From Sulfurimonadaceae bacterium (lineage in GTDB: Bacteria > Campylobacterota > Campylobacteria > Campylobacterales > Sulfurimonadaceae), in NCBI GenBank assembly GCA_028683835.1, contig JAQUHB010000001.1, forward strand, positions 65,060 through 129,059: a DNA stretch of 64,000 nt, written 5' to 3'. Shown piece after piece: positions 18,216 to 27,313 of this stretch (position 1 is its first letter; the number at the start of each line of letters is the position of its first letter). The notes beneath the pieces were generated by a model. It searched no databases and was not told where the DNA came from. It was given only the letters and a program-made list of their open reading frames with translations. Both the position numbers and the translations under genes were made by a program.

Positions 18216-20591
18216 ATGAGGTTACCTTTTCGTTTTCGATTTATACTCTCTTTTGTCACTATTGAGATTATATTTATTTCGCTTATTGTATTTTTTAATT
18301 TCTCTTCTCAGAAAAAACTCTCTCATTCCCTTATAGATGAAAAAATTCAAATAGGAAGTGAACTTTTTAGTCAATTAGTAAAAACTCCAATGGCAACTTC
18401 TGATCTTGCAACATTAGATAATCAAGCTGAAATTTTTACTGGACATAAAAATGTCATTGCAGTGCAAATATATAATCCACAAGATAAAATTCTTTCATAT
18501 GCAAACTCAGATTCCAAACTGAATATCAATGATTTCAATGAAACATCTCATGAAATAACAAAAGGTGAGAGAACATTTATAGTAAGCATTGTTCCAATAA
18601 AAGTTGATGATACTTTTCTTGGATATGCAAAAATTTTATTTGAACTGACTGATATTCATAAAGAGATCGAAAAAAATAAACATGTAACCTTTTTTCTGAT
18701 TCTCCTTGAGATTAGTATCAGTTTACTCATCGCATATATTATTGGTTATAAATTAACAAAAAGTTTGAATAAACTCACTTCATATGCGGCAAGTATAGCG
18801 CAAGAAGAACCAGAACAAAATATAGATTTCTCAAAAGGCGATGAAATAACAGTTCTTTCTCATACCCTGCATCTTATGGAAAAACGTATAGAAGAGCGTA
18901 ATGCAGAACTACAACTTGCGGCAAGTGTCTTTACACATGCACGCGAAGGGATTGTAATCACCGATGCAAATAACAATATAGTCAAAGTCAATCAAACTTT
19001 TACACGTCTCACCGGCTATAAAGCAGAAGAAATCATAGGTAAAAATCCTCGTTTTTTAAAATCTAATAAACAAGATTCGGCATTTTATGTTCAGATGTGG
19101 AGCTCTTTACTTGCAAAGGGATATTGGTACGGAGAAGTTTGGAATCGTCGTAAAAATGGACAAGAATATGCCGAGATGCTGACCATAAGTACAATCTTAG
19201 ATGATGAAGGAAAGGTCAAATATTTTGTAGCTTTACTCTCGGATATCACTCTAGCCAAGAAGCATGAGAGTGAACTTGAACATATCGCTCATTATGATGC
19301 TCTAACAAACATGCCTAACCGTATATTGCTTTCAGACCGTCTTTCGCTGGCATTGGTTCAAAGCCAACGACGTAGTAAATTTTTAGCTGTTGTATTTATT
19401 GATCTAGACGGTTTTAAGGTGGTCAATGATACACATGGACATAAGATCGGAGATATATTACTTATAAAATTAGCAGAGCGCATGCAAAATGCTTTACGTG
19501 AGGGCGATACCTTAGCGCGTTTGGGTGGAGATGAATTTGTTGCTATTTTAGTTGATTTAGAAACTCCTAAAGATTGTGAACCTGTTTTAAAACGCTTGCT
19601 GGCATCTGTATCAGAGCCTGTGGTGATAGAAAAAATAACTCTTTATGTTTCGGCAAGTGTGGGAGTTAGTATTGCACCTCAAGATGCTAATGAGGGTGAT
19701 CAGCTTATACGTCAGGCTGATCAGGCTATGTATCAAGCAAAACAATCTGGAAAAAATCGTTTTCATCTTTTTGATGCTAAAAAAGACAGTGCCATTGTCG
19801 CTTTGAATGAAAATTTGATTCGCATCAAAAAGGCACTGGATAATCATGAATTTGTTCTTTATTATCAACCTAAAATCAATCTTCAAACAAATGAGATTAT
19901 CGGTGTAGAAGCATTGATTCGATGGATAGATCCACAGCGAGGAATAATACCACCATTAAGATTTTTGCCTATTATTGAAAATGATCCTATGAGTATTGAT
20001 ATTGGAGAATGGGTTATTGACACAGCATTAAGTCAGATTGCAATTTGGAAAGAAGCCGGTATTACAATGGCAGTGAGCGTCAATATCGGTGCTCTACAGC
20101 TCCAACAAAAAAACTTTGTAACCCGTCTAAAAGAGCTTTTAAATGCTCATCCTGTAGTAGAACCGCATCTATTGGAACTCGAAATTTTAGAAACTAGTAT
20201 TGTGAGTGATCTTGCTAAAGTGACGAAAGTTATTGATGAATGTGTTGCTCTTGGTGTATTTTGTGCTCTTGATGATTTTGGTACAGGCTACTCTTCTCTA
20301 ACACATATTCGACATCTTCATGTAAATATGATTAAAATAGACCAGACTTTTGTTCGTGATATGCTTGTCGATGGTGATGATTTAGCCATTGTTGAAGGGG
20401 TTATTGGCTTATCCAAAGCTTTTAAACGTGACGTTATCGCAGAGGGTGTTGAAAGTAAAGAACATGGGGAAGCATTGTTAGAACTTGGATGCACATTGGC
20501 TCAAGGCTACGGCATAGCACGTCCGATGCCGGCATCTGAAATGCTACAATGGACAAAAAACTGGAGAGAGGAAAATTTTTGGAAATTATAA
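18216..20591 (+). CDS. membrane sensor HAMP-PAS-GGDEF-EAL protein
   Basis: Two TM helices flank a roughly 140-aa periplasmic region. It also has a PAS domain (GKNPRFLKS), a GGDEF motif (RLGGDEFVAIL) and EAL motifs (EALIRW, DDFGTGYSSL). Confidence 0.9.
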   Translation: MRLPFRFRFILSFVTIEIIFISLIVFFNFSSQKKLSHSLIDEKIQIGSELFSQLVKTPMATSDLATLDNQAEIFTGHKNVIAVQIYNPQDKILSYANSDSKLNINDFNETSHEITKGERTFIVSIVPIKVDDTFLGYAKILFELTDIHKEIEKNKHVTFFLILLEISISLLIAYIIGYKLTKSLNKLTSYAASIAQEEPEQNIDFSKGDEITVLSHTLHLMEKRIEERNAELQLAASVFTHAREGIVITDANNNIVKVNQTFTRLTGYKAEEIIGKNPRFLKSNKQDSAFYVQMWSSLLAKGYWYGEVWNRRKNGQEYAEMLTISTILDDEGKVKYFVALLSDITLAKKHESELEHIAHYDALTNMPNRILLSDRLSLALVQSQRRSKFLAVVFIDLDGFKVVNDTHGHKIGDILLIKLAERMQNALREGDTLARLGGDEFVAILVDLETPKDCEPVLKRLLASVSEPVVIEKITLYVSASVGVSIAPQDANEGDQLIRQADQAMYQAKQSGKNRFHLFDAKKDSAIVALNENLIRIKKALDNHEFVLYYQPKINLQTNEIIGVEALIRWIDPQRGIIPPLRFLPIIENDPMSIDIGEWVIDTALSQIAIWKEAGITMAVSVNIGALQLQQKNFVTRLKELLNAHPVVEPHLLELEILETSIVSDLAKVTKVIDECVALGVFCALDDFGTGYSSLTHIRHLHVNMIKIDQTFVRDMLVDGDDLAIVEGVIGLSKAFKRDVIAEGVESKEHGEALLELGCTLAQGYGIARPMPASEMLQWTKNWREENFWKL

Positions 20592-20666
20592 ACGGCATTT
20601 GCATCTTAGCGATACATGCACAAAGATTTTAAAAATAGACATCTAAAAAACTACAAACAGTTATAT

Positions 20667-21965
20667 CTAGGAATCTTGCATGTAAAAAGATACGCGATTT
20701 CGTCCACTGTTTTTTGCCTGATAGAGCTGTTGATCAGCAAAGTTATAAAGAGCTTCAGATAAGGTTGTTCCCTCCACAATTGCCATACCTATGGATATCG
20801 TTACATAAGGAGAAACACTGTTTTTTTCATGTTCTATATGTAGCTCTTCGATGTTTTTTCGTAATTGTTCAGCTTGTGATAATATACTTTCTAAAGATTC
20901 ATAAGCAAAGACAACACCGAATTCTTCACCGCCTAAACGAAAACAAAAGTCACTACCACGATTGAAGTGTTGTTGTATTGCTTTTGCTACTTTGATTAAT
21001 GTTTCATCTCCGTTTATATGACCATAAGTATCATTATATTGTTTAAAAAAATCAACATCAAGCATCATGAAAACAAGTTTTTTTTCCTCCCTTTTGGCTC
21101 TATTAATTTCGCGAGGAAGAATTTTATTAAAATATCTACGATTATACAAAGAAGTCATCTCATCCGTGATGGCTTGAATTTCCAACTTTTTTTTGTAATT
21201 TTCAAGTTCTGTGATATCTGTAAAAGTAACTACATATCTTGTCTCATCAAATGACTTTGCGCGAACTAAGAATATATGGTTCTGATTTGTTTGAATATTT
21301 TTCATCTTAACTTTTGCGTCGTTATGAGGCGAATCAAGCACATCCTTTATCCATGTATTATGATTATGAATAAAACCTGTTTCTTCAATAAAAAAATCAC
21401 ATATACAATTATGTTGATGTATGAAAGGAATAAACTCTTTATAAGCAAAAAAATCAAGTACATGCTGATTTGCCATAACTAATTTGACACCATCCGAAAG
21501 AATAACAAATCCATCTTGTGCATCTAAAAGTTTTTGAATATAGCTCTCATCCTCCACAGCACCAAAATTGTAAGCCTCGCCCTCATATTCGACATAATGT
21601 GCACGTATAAATACAGGATAAAGCTTGCCATTTGCCCCTTTATGAATACTGTGGAATTCAAGCTTTTGTTTTTGTTTTAAAACTTCAATAAGCGGTATTT
21701 CGTGCTGCTGTTCATTAAAATTGATATCTAAATCGCCAATGCTCATGGTGAGGAGTTGATCTTTTGTGTATCCATACTTATGAATAACCGTATCATTTAC
21801 ATAAACAAAGTGATTATCTTTATCCACTACGAAAATAAGATTATTGATATGATTGATCATGTAGCTGATAAATGTTTGCTCTCGATCTTCATGTTGGAAC
21901 TCAAGAATATCATTGATCTGTTTTGTAAAGGATTTGAGGGCTGATTCATTAAATGTTTTTTGCAT
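20667..21965 (-). CDS. PAS-domain diguanylate cyclase (GGDEF)
   Basis: It has a C-terminal GGDEF domain (RLGGEEFGVVF, NSGRNRV), an N-terminal PAS domain and a His/Cys-rich middle region. Confidence 0.85.
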   Translation of the reverse strand: MQKTFNESALKSFTKQINDILEFQHEDREQTFISYMINHINNLIFVVDKDNHFVYVNDTVIHKYGYTKDQLLTMSIGDLDINFNEQQHEIPLIEVLKQKQKLEFHSIHKGANGKLYPVFIRAHYVEYEGEAYNFGAVEDESYIQKLLDAQDGFVILSDGVKLVMANQHVLDFFAYKEFIPFIHQHNCICDFFIEETGFIHNHNTWIKDVLDSPHNDAKVKMKNIQTNQNHIFLVRAKSFDETRYVVTFTDITELENYKKKLEIQAITDEMTSLYNRRYFNKILPREINRAKREEKKLVFMMLDVDFFKQYNDTYGHINGDETLIKVAKAIQQHFNRGSDFCFRLGGEEFGVVFAYESLESILSQAEQLRKNIEELHIEHEKNSVSPYVTISIGMAIVEGTTLSEALYNFADQQLYQAKNSGRNRVSFYMQDS

Positions 21966-22084
21966 GTCAAACTCTTGATTTTAATTGAGATTTCACCACT
22001 ATTCTATCATACTGTAGCATATAAAGATAAAAAAGTTAAAAATAGATTTTTATTTGTAATTTCGATGTGTGATAAGTTTAAAAG

Positions 22085-22161
22085 TGGTGCCGGCACGAGG
22101 ATTTGAACCCCGGGCCTGCTGATTACAAATCAGCTGCTCTAGCCAACTGAGCTATGCCGGC
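22085..22161 (-). tRNA. tRNA-Thr (anticodon UGU)
   Basis: The reverse complement is GCCGGCATAGCTCAGTTGGCTAGAGCAGCTGATTTGTAATCAGCAGGCCCGGGGTTCAAATCCTCGTGCCGGCACCA. It folds as a cloverleaf with anticodon arm GCTGA-TTTGTAA-TCAGC, a GGTTCAAATCC T-loop and an encoded CCA. Confidence 0.93.
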
Positions 22162-22324
22162 ATTTTTGGCAAGGATGGAATTCTAACCAAGTATTCTTAA
22201 AGTTAGTTTTTTTTACAAACTTTTTGCTAACTTAAGAACTTATCAATTGTCAAAAAAGAGATATGAAAATTTTTCTAGTTACGTTATTATGTGTCAAAAT
22301 AAAGAGTAGAGAAAAGGATAAAGA

Positions 22325-22588
22325 ATGTTAAAAGATCTCATCTACGCAGGCATAGGCGCTGCGAGTATTTTAAAAGAAAAAGTGGAAGCGGAAGTCAAAA
22401 AGCTTGAAGATGAAGGGAAACTCAAAACAACTGATGCAAAAAGTTTTTTAGAGTCCATTGAACAAAAGGGCAAGGAAGAGGATGATAAGTTTAAAGAAAA
22501 ACTCAAATCAACTCTTAAAGAGATCATCGATGAACTAGGTCTTGCTACAAAAGCGGATTTGGAAAAACTGAGAGAGGATCTCAAATAA
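22325..22588 (+). CDS. phasin-like small coiled-coil protein
   Basis: It is 87 aa, starts MLKDLIYAGIGAASILKEK and is highly charged and helical. It lies immediately upstream of the ABC1/UbiB kinase gene. Confidence 0.6.
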   Translation: MLKDLIYAGIGAASILKEKVEAEVKKLEDEGKLKTTDAKSFLESIEQKGKEEDDKFKEKLKSTLKEIIDELGLATKADLEKLREDLK

Positions 22589-22641
22589 AAACTTTTTTCT
22601 TCTATTCGCCAAGGCGGATTTACGCTGTCTTTACTTTTTTA

Positions 22642-24129
22642 TTGACTGTTTATTTGGTGATAAAAAAGAGAGAAAGTTTTTTAGGAATAAAGCCGCTTAG
22701 TCCAAGCAAACTTAAAACAGCAATCATCTTGCTTGGCGCGAGTTTTATCAAGCTTGCTCAAGTACTTGCTACTCGTGCAGATTTTTTTACGCCTGAATAT
22801 CTTGAAGAACTTAAAGAACTTCATGATCAGCTTCCGGCGATGAGTGAAAGAGAGTTTGAGACAGTCTATCACAGGGCTTTTGAAACAGATGATTTTAAAA
22901 GTTTTGAAAAAACTCCTATTGCTTCAGCATCTATCGGTCAGGTGCATGCTGCGTATTTACAAGATGGTACTAAAGTAGCTGTCAAGCTCAGACGCTTGAT
23001 AATTGCAGACCAAGTGAAAGCCGATATAAAAATCATTAATTTTTTCAATATTCTTTTTCGCCCGCTTTTTTCGCATACGACAAAAAACTCTATCGAAGCC
23101 GTTATCTCAGAGTTTTCAAAGATGATACTACAAGAAGTGAGTCTCACCCATGAACTAGGGAACTTAGTAAAGTTTTCATCGGTATATAAAGAGAGTGGCA
23201 TCAGATTTCCTCTTGCCTATAAAGAGCTTTGCAGTGACGATGCGATTGTTATGAGCTATGAAGAGGGATTTCGTTTTGATGACAAAGAGAATATTTTTAA
23301 GTACAAAATAGATTTTAAAAAAATTATTGCTAAACTTGTAGATTTTTACACTCAGCAGATGCTTATAAAGGGATATTTTCACGCTGATCCGCATCCGGGA
23401 AATTTACTTGTGACAAAAGAGGGTGAACTCATTTTACTTGATTTTGGAATGGTGAAGACTGTACCAAACAATTCTCGTGTAGCGATCATTGAACTTATCA
23501 AAGCGGCAAACGAACAAGATTATGAGCGTTATATTGAAGCAAGTAAGAAGCTTGGAACAGTTGCGTATGAAGCTCCCACATCAGAATTAGCAGAGTTTGC
23601 ATCTAAGATGTTTGAGATATTTTCAAATGAAAATCTTACAAGTGAATCGATGCAGCAACTTGCTTTTGAAGTGATGGAATCAACGCGTGATCTGCCCTTT
23701 AAACTTCCAAGCGATGCGATCTATATTCTTCGTGTAAGTGCCATCGTGGAGGGACTTGGAACGACCTATATAGAAAATTTCAATGGAATCAAAGATATTT
23801 TACCGATTTTGCAGAAAAATATTCCAAAAGCACTTGGGGCAAAAGAGAGCATTTTAGAAACAATCATAGAGGAGATCAAAGATATCCCTTTTATTGCAAA
23901 AGATTTTAAAACGGCGATTAAAAAGATCAGTTCGGATTCCTTACATGTAGAGCTTTCAAACGATCAGCTAGACTGGATAAAGAGAGATCTCAGATCGAGT
24001 GCAAAATCTTATGCAATCTCATTTTCTTTGATGCTTGGCGGAGTTTTTATACTTTTGGCAGAGAAAGATTTAAAAGAGATTGCCATTGCAATTTTTGTCT
24101 TTGGACTTGCGAGAATTTTGTATAAATAG
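22642..24129 (+). CDS. ABC1/UbiB-family atypical kinase with C-terminal TM helices
   Basis: Family motifs are present (FIKLAQVLATRADFFTPEYLEELKELHDQLP, ASIGQVHAA, VAVKLRR, FHADPHPGNLLV, LLDFGM). The start is uncertain: TTG at 22642, TTG at 22654 or GTG at 22657, with no nearby ATG. Confidence 0.85.
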   Translation: MTVYLVIKKRESFLGIKPLSPSKLKTAIILLGASFIKLAQVLATRADFFTPEYLEELKELHDQLPAMSEREFETVYHRAFETDDFKSFEKTPIASASIGQVHAAYLQDGTKVAVKLRRLIIADQVKADIKIINFFNILFRPLFSHTTKNSIEAVISEFSKMILQEVSLTHELGNLVKFSSVYKESGIRFPLAYKELCSDDAIVMSYEEGFRFDDKENIFKYKIDFKKIIAKLVDFYTQQMLIKGYFHADPHPGNLLVTKEGELILLDFGMVKTVPNNSRVAIIELIKAANEQDYERYIEASKKLGTVAYEAPTSELAEFASKMFEIFSNENLTSESMQQLAFEVMESTRDLPFKLPSDAIYILRVSAIVEGLGTTYIENFNGIKDILPILQKNIPKALGAKESILETIIEEIKDIPFIAKDFKTAIKKISSDSLHVELSNDQLDWIKRDLRSSAKSYAISFSLMLGGVFILLAEKDLKEIAIAIFVFGLARILYK

Positions 24130-24142
24130 GTATAATCTAAGT

Positions 24143-25387
24143 ATGATAAATATTGAAAATATTGGAATCAAATCACTTATTGAAAGTTTTGATAATGCGC
24201 TTGAGCCCATTATCATTACGACGGCTTCTTTGGATGAGGGTGTAGAAATAATCTTTGCCAATGAAGCTTTCTGCCGTGAGACTTTATATGAAAAAAACGA
24301 GATCATAGGACAAAATCCAAGTATCCTTTCTGGCAGACGTACAAATTATAATCTACTCGAACAATTAAGAAAAGATCTTCAAGACGGTAAAAATTTTGTA
24401 GGGCAAAATATTAACTATAAAAAAGACGGCACTGAATATATGGCACAGTGGAGTGTCTCTCATCTCAAGGATGAGCAAAATCAAACTATAGCTTACATCT
24501 CTTTTCAAAAGATAATTACAAAATATATGAAGATAAAAAATGATAATTTCTTGCTTCAAGCTGTTGTAAAGAGCGCTCCTGGGATGATTCTTGTGACGGA
24601 TCTTGAGGCAAAGATTGTATATGCTAATGACTCTTTTTGTCAAAACGTAGGATATTCTCAGTCTGCACTTATTGGTAAACATTCAAAGCTTCTAAAATCT
24701 GGACAGCAAGATAGTAGTTTTTATAAAAATATGTGGCAGACACTTATAAAAGAGGGTGAATTTGAAGGTATTTTTGTCAATAGAAAAAAAGATGGAACTA
24801 TTTATTATGACAAAAAAAAGATAAAGACCATTAGTGATGAAAATGGAAAAAGAGCTTATTATTTCAGTGTAAGTTATGATATCACGCAAGAGAGACGAAA
24901 TAAACAGAAGATGCTCGATGAGATCTATCTTGACTCATTGACACAACAATTTAATAGAAAAAAATATGAAGAAATGATTCAGGGGAAGATAAAAGAGGGG
25001 AAAGAGTTTTCTATAATACTTATGGATATTGATTTCTTCAAAAGAGTAAATGATGACTATGGACATGATAAGGGAGATTTTATCTTAAGAGAGTTTTCAC
25101 GTCTTGTCAAAGCATTTATGATCTTTGGTAAAGATGAGCTGTTTCGATGGGGCGGCGAGGAGTTTGTCGTTCTTACAGATAGAAAAATCGAAGAAGCGAA
25201 AAACATAGCCAATGTACTTAAAAATATGATTTTTCAACATGATTTTGACGGTCTACATATAAGCGTAAGTATGGGGATAACACAGATGCAAAAAGGAAAA
25301 GATCAAACAACACTCTTTAATCTCGCTGATAAAGCTCTTTATGAAGCAAAAAAATCAGGGCGAAATAAAATAGTCGTTTATGAATAA
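24143..25387 (+). CDS. PAS-PAS-GGDEF diguanylate cyclase
   Basis: It has two PAS domains and a GGDEF domain (RWGGEEFVVL, KSGRNKIV). I preferred the ATG at 24143 over the TTG at 24080, which would overlap the upstream gene. Confidence 0.85.
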   Translation: MINIENIGIKSLIESFDNALEPIIITTASLDEGVEIIFANEAFCRETLYEKNEIIGQNPSILSGRRTNYNLLEQLRKDLQDGKNFVGQNINYKKDGTEYMAQWSVSHLKDEQNQTIAYISFQKIITKYMKIKNDNFLLQAVVKSAPGMILVTDLEAKIVYANDSFCQNVGYSQSALIGKHSKLLKSGQQDSSFYKNMWQTLIKEGEFEGIFVNRKKDGTIYYDKKKIKTISDENGKRAYYFSVSYDITQERRNKQKMLDEIYLDSLTQQFNRKKYEEMIQGKIKEGKEFSIILMDIDFFKRVNDDYGHDKGDFILREFSRLVKAFMIFGKDELFRWGGEEFVVLTDRKIEEAKNIANVLKNMIFQHDFDGLHISVSMGITQMQKGKDQTTLFNLADKALYEAKKSGRNKIVVYE

Positions 25388-26414
25388 AAAAAAGCTTATC
25401 ATTGTTGGAGCGGGTCTTAGCGGCTTGTATCTTGCATCACGTTTAGAAAAAGAGTTTGATGTGACTTTGCTCGAAGCAAGAGAACGTGTCGGCGGAAGGA
25501 TTTACTCGCAAGATGGGCACGATCTTGGTCCCTCTTGGATCTGGCCGCATCATACAGATATGCAAGCTCTCGTCAAAAGCTTAGGCTTGAAACTTTTTCG
25601 ACAATATGACAAAGGTTATGCTCTTTTTGATACACAAAACAGAGTCGAGCATTTTACCTCTCCACCATCATCCCCTTTGGCTAGAGTGGAGGGTTCTTTG
25701 TCAAAACTGATAGAAAAACTTTATACAACTCTTACAAATACGCAAATGATTTTAAACCAAGAACTCTTACATGTAGAGTATCAAAAGAGGAACATAGTCG
25801 TAACAACACAAAATAAATCTTATGAGAGTGATTATCTTATCCTTACTTTGCCGCCAAGAATTTGTGTAAAACTGACTTATAATCCACCTTTGCCACAAGC
25901 TTTAAAAGAAAAAATGCAAACCACTCAGACGTGGATGGGCAACAGCGCAAAATGTGTTGTGGAGTTTGGCTCAGCAATTTGGAGAGAACGAGGACTCAAC
26001 GGTTTTGTATTCTCAAATCAAGGGCCACTCAGTGAGATCCATGATGCTTGCACAGACTCAAAAGCTGCACTTTTTGGTTTTATGAGTCTGCACCAAAAAG
26101 ACATTTCGCACGTAAACGCGGATGATTTAAAACTTAAAGTGACAGAACAAATGGTACGGGTTTTTGGCATTGATCCAAGGGAGATACAAGCCATCTATTT
26201 TGTCGATTGGAAAGAGGAACGTTTTACTTCTGTGGCTGAAGATAAAAAGTCACTCAGTTCTCATCCAGACTATGGCATAGATGCACACCATTTTGATGGA
26301 CAACTACTTTTTAGCTCCACGGAATTTTCTCATAAAGAGGGTGGTTATCTCGAAGGTGCACTTATCAACGCCAAAAAAACAGCACAGACTCTTTTAGATT
26401 ATAAAAATCTATAA
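25380..26414 (+). CDS. flavin amine-oxidase-like FAD-dependent oxidoreductase
   Basis: It has an N-terminal dinucleotide fold (LIIVGAGLSGLYLASRL...LEARERVGGRI). Its start overlaps the upstream GGDEF gene by 8 nt. Confidence 0.75.
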   Translation: MNKKKLIIVGAGLSGLYLASRLEKEFDVTLLEARERVGGRIYSQDGHDLGPSWIWPHHTDMQALVKSLGLKLFRQYDKGYALFDTQNRVEHFTSPPSSPLARVEGSLSKLIEKLYTTLTNTQMILNQELLHVEYQKRNIVVTTQNKSYESDYLILTLPPRICVKLTYNPPLPQALKEKMQTTQTWMGNSAKCVVEFGSAIWRERGLNGFVFSNQGPLSEIHDACTDSKAALFGFMSLHQKDISHVNADDLKLKVTEQMVRVFGIDPREIQAIYFVDWKEERFTSVAEDKKSLSSHPDYGIDAHHFDGQLLFSSTEFSHKEGGYLEGALINAKKTAQTLLDYKNL

Positions 26415-26484
26415 ACTGACACAATAGTTTTACAAATTTTCTAAAAGACACGATATAATTAATTCAAATTTTCGGAGGTATAAC

Positions 26485-27303
26485 ATGAGAGTAGCTATCA
26501 CAGGAGTGAGCGGTTTTGTGGGAACTGCTTTGCAAAAAATATTTCCGGATAATGTATCTATTAATCGTCATGATGATGAAGCCATGATTATAGAAAAACT
26601 CAAAGGTGTTGAGGTAGTCATCAATCTTGCTGGAGCACCTATCATCAAAAAGTGGAATGATGCATATAAAAAAGTGCTCTATTCAAGTCGTATCGATACC
26701 ACAAGAACACTTGTAAATGCGATAAATAAGAGCGATATAAAGCAGTTTATTTCCACTTCTGCCGTTGGAATCTATCCTGATGATAAAGTGTGCGATGAAA
26801 CCACACAAGAGATAGCGTCCGATTTCTTAGGCACTTTGGCATCTGCATGGGAAGCAGAAGCGCTTGCATGTAGCAAGCCTACGACTATTCTTCGTTTTGG
26901 TGTGATCATGGGGGCAAATGGCGGCGCACTTTCACAGATGCTTCTTCCATTTCGTCTTGGTGTGGGTGGCGTGATAGGTGATGGAAAGATGATGACAAGC
27001 TGGATCGACTTAGATGATCTAATGCGGATATATGAGTTTGTGATAGAAAATAAACTTGAAGGTATTTTCAATGCTACGGCTCCACAGCCCGTTTCAAATT
27101 ATAAATTTACAAAATCATTAGGAAGCGTCTTGCATCGTCCGACGATTTTCCCTTTACCAGTTTTTGTTTTAAAACTCATCTACGGCGAAGCTTCAACCGT
27201 GCTCACAGGATCAAAAGAGATCTATCCGCGCGCTTTGATGAGTGCTGGATTTAAATTTCGTTATAACGATATCTATTCCTCTTTAAGCCATATCCTTGGC
27301 TAA
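26485..27303 (+). CDS. SDR-type epimerase-like protein (TIGR01777/YfcH-like with DUF1731-type C-terminus)
   Basis: It has an N-terminal Rossmann motif (MRVAITGVSGFVGTAL) and a C-terminal ...MSAGFKFRYNDI. A GGAGG Shine-Dalgarno precedes the start. Confidence 0.7.
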   Translation: MRVAITGVSGFVGTALQKIFPDNVSINRHDDEAMIIEKLKGVEVVINLAGAPIIKKWNDAYKKVLYSSRIDTTRTLVNAINKSDIKQFISTSAVGIYPDDKVCDETTQEIASDFLGTLASAWEAEALACSKPTTILRFGVIMGANGGALSQMLLPFRLGVGGVIGDGKMMTSWIDLDDLMRIYEFVIENKLEGIFNATAPQPVSNYKFTKSLGSVLHRPTIFPLPVFVLKLIYGEASTVLTGSKEIYPRALMSAGFKFRYNDIYSSLSHILG

Positions 27304-27313
27304 AAGAGTTTTT

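Noticed and set aside
22085-22324. The tRNA-Thr as an integration hotspot, and the imperfect inverted repeat at 22194-22238 (TTCTTAAAGTTAG ... CTAACTTAAGAA) beside it.
   Set aside because: No integrase is present. I could find no repeat of the tRNA 3' end elsewhere in the window, and no compositional break. The inverted repeat has a ~20-nt loop and no T-tract in a sensible orientation, so I cannot support a terminator or attachment-site call.
24308-24334. A LOV (blue-light) domain in the PAS-GGDEF protein. The PAS core IIFANEAFCRETLYEKNEIIGQNPSILSG...NYKKDGTEY looks LOV-like. The PAS domains at 18216-20591 read GKNPRFLKS.
   Set aside because: The photoactive cysteine of the LOV signature GxNCRFLQ is replaced by Pro (NPSILS / NPRFLK). 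This is the common generic PAS subfamily and does not support flavin-cysteinyl photochemistry.
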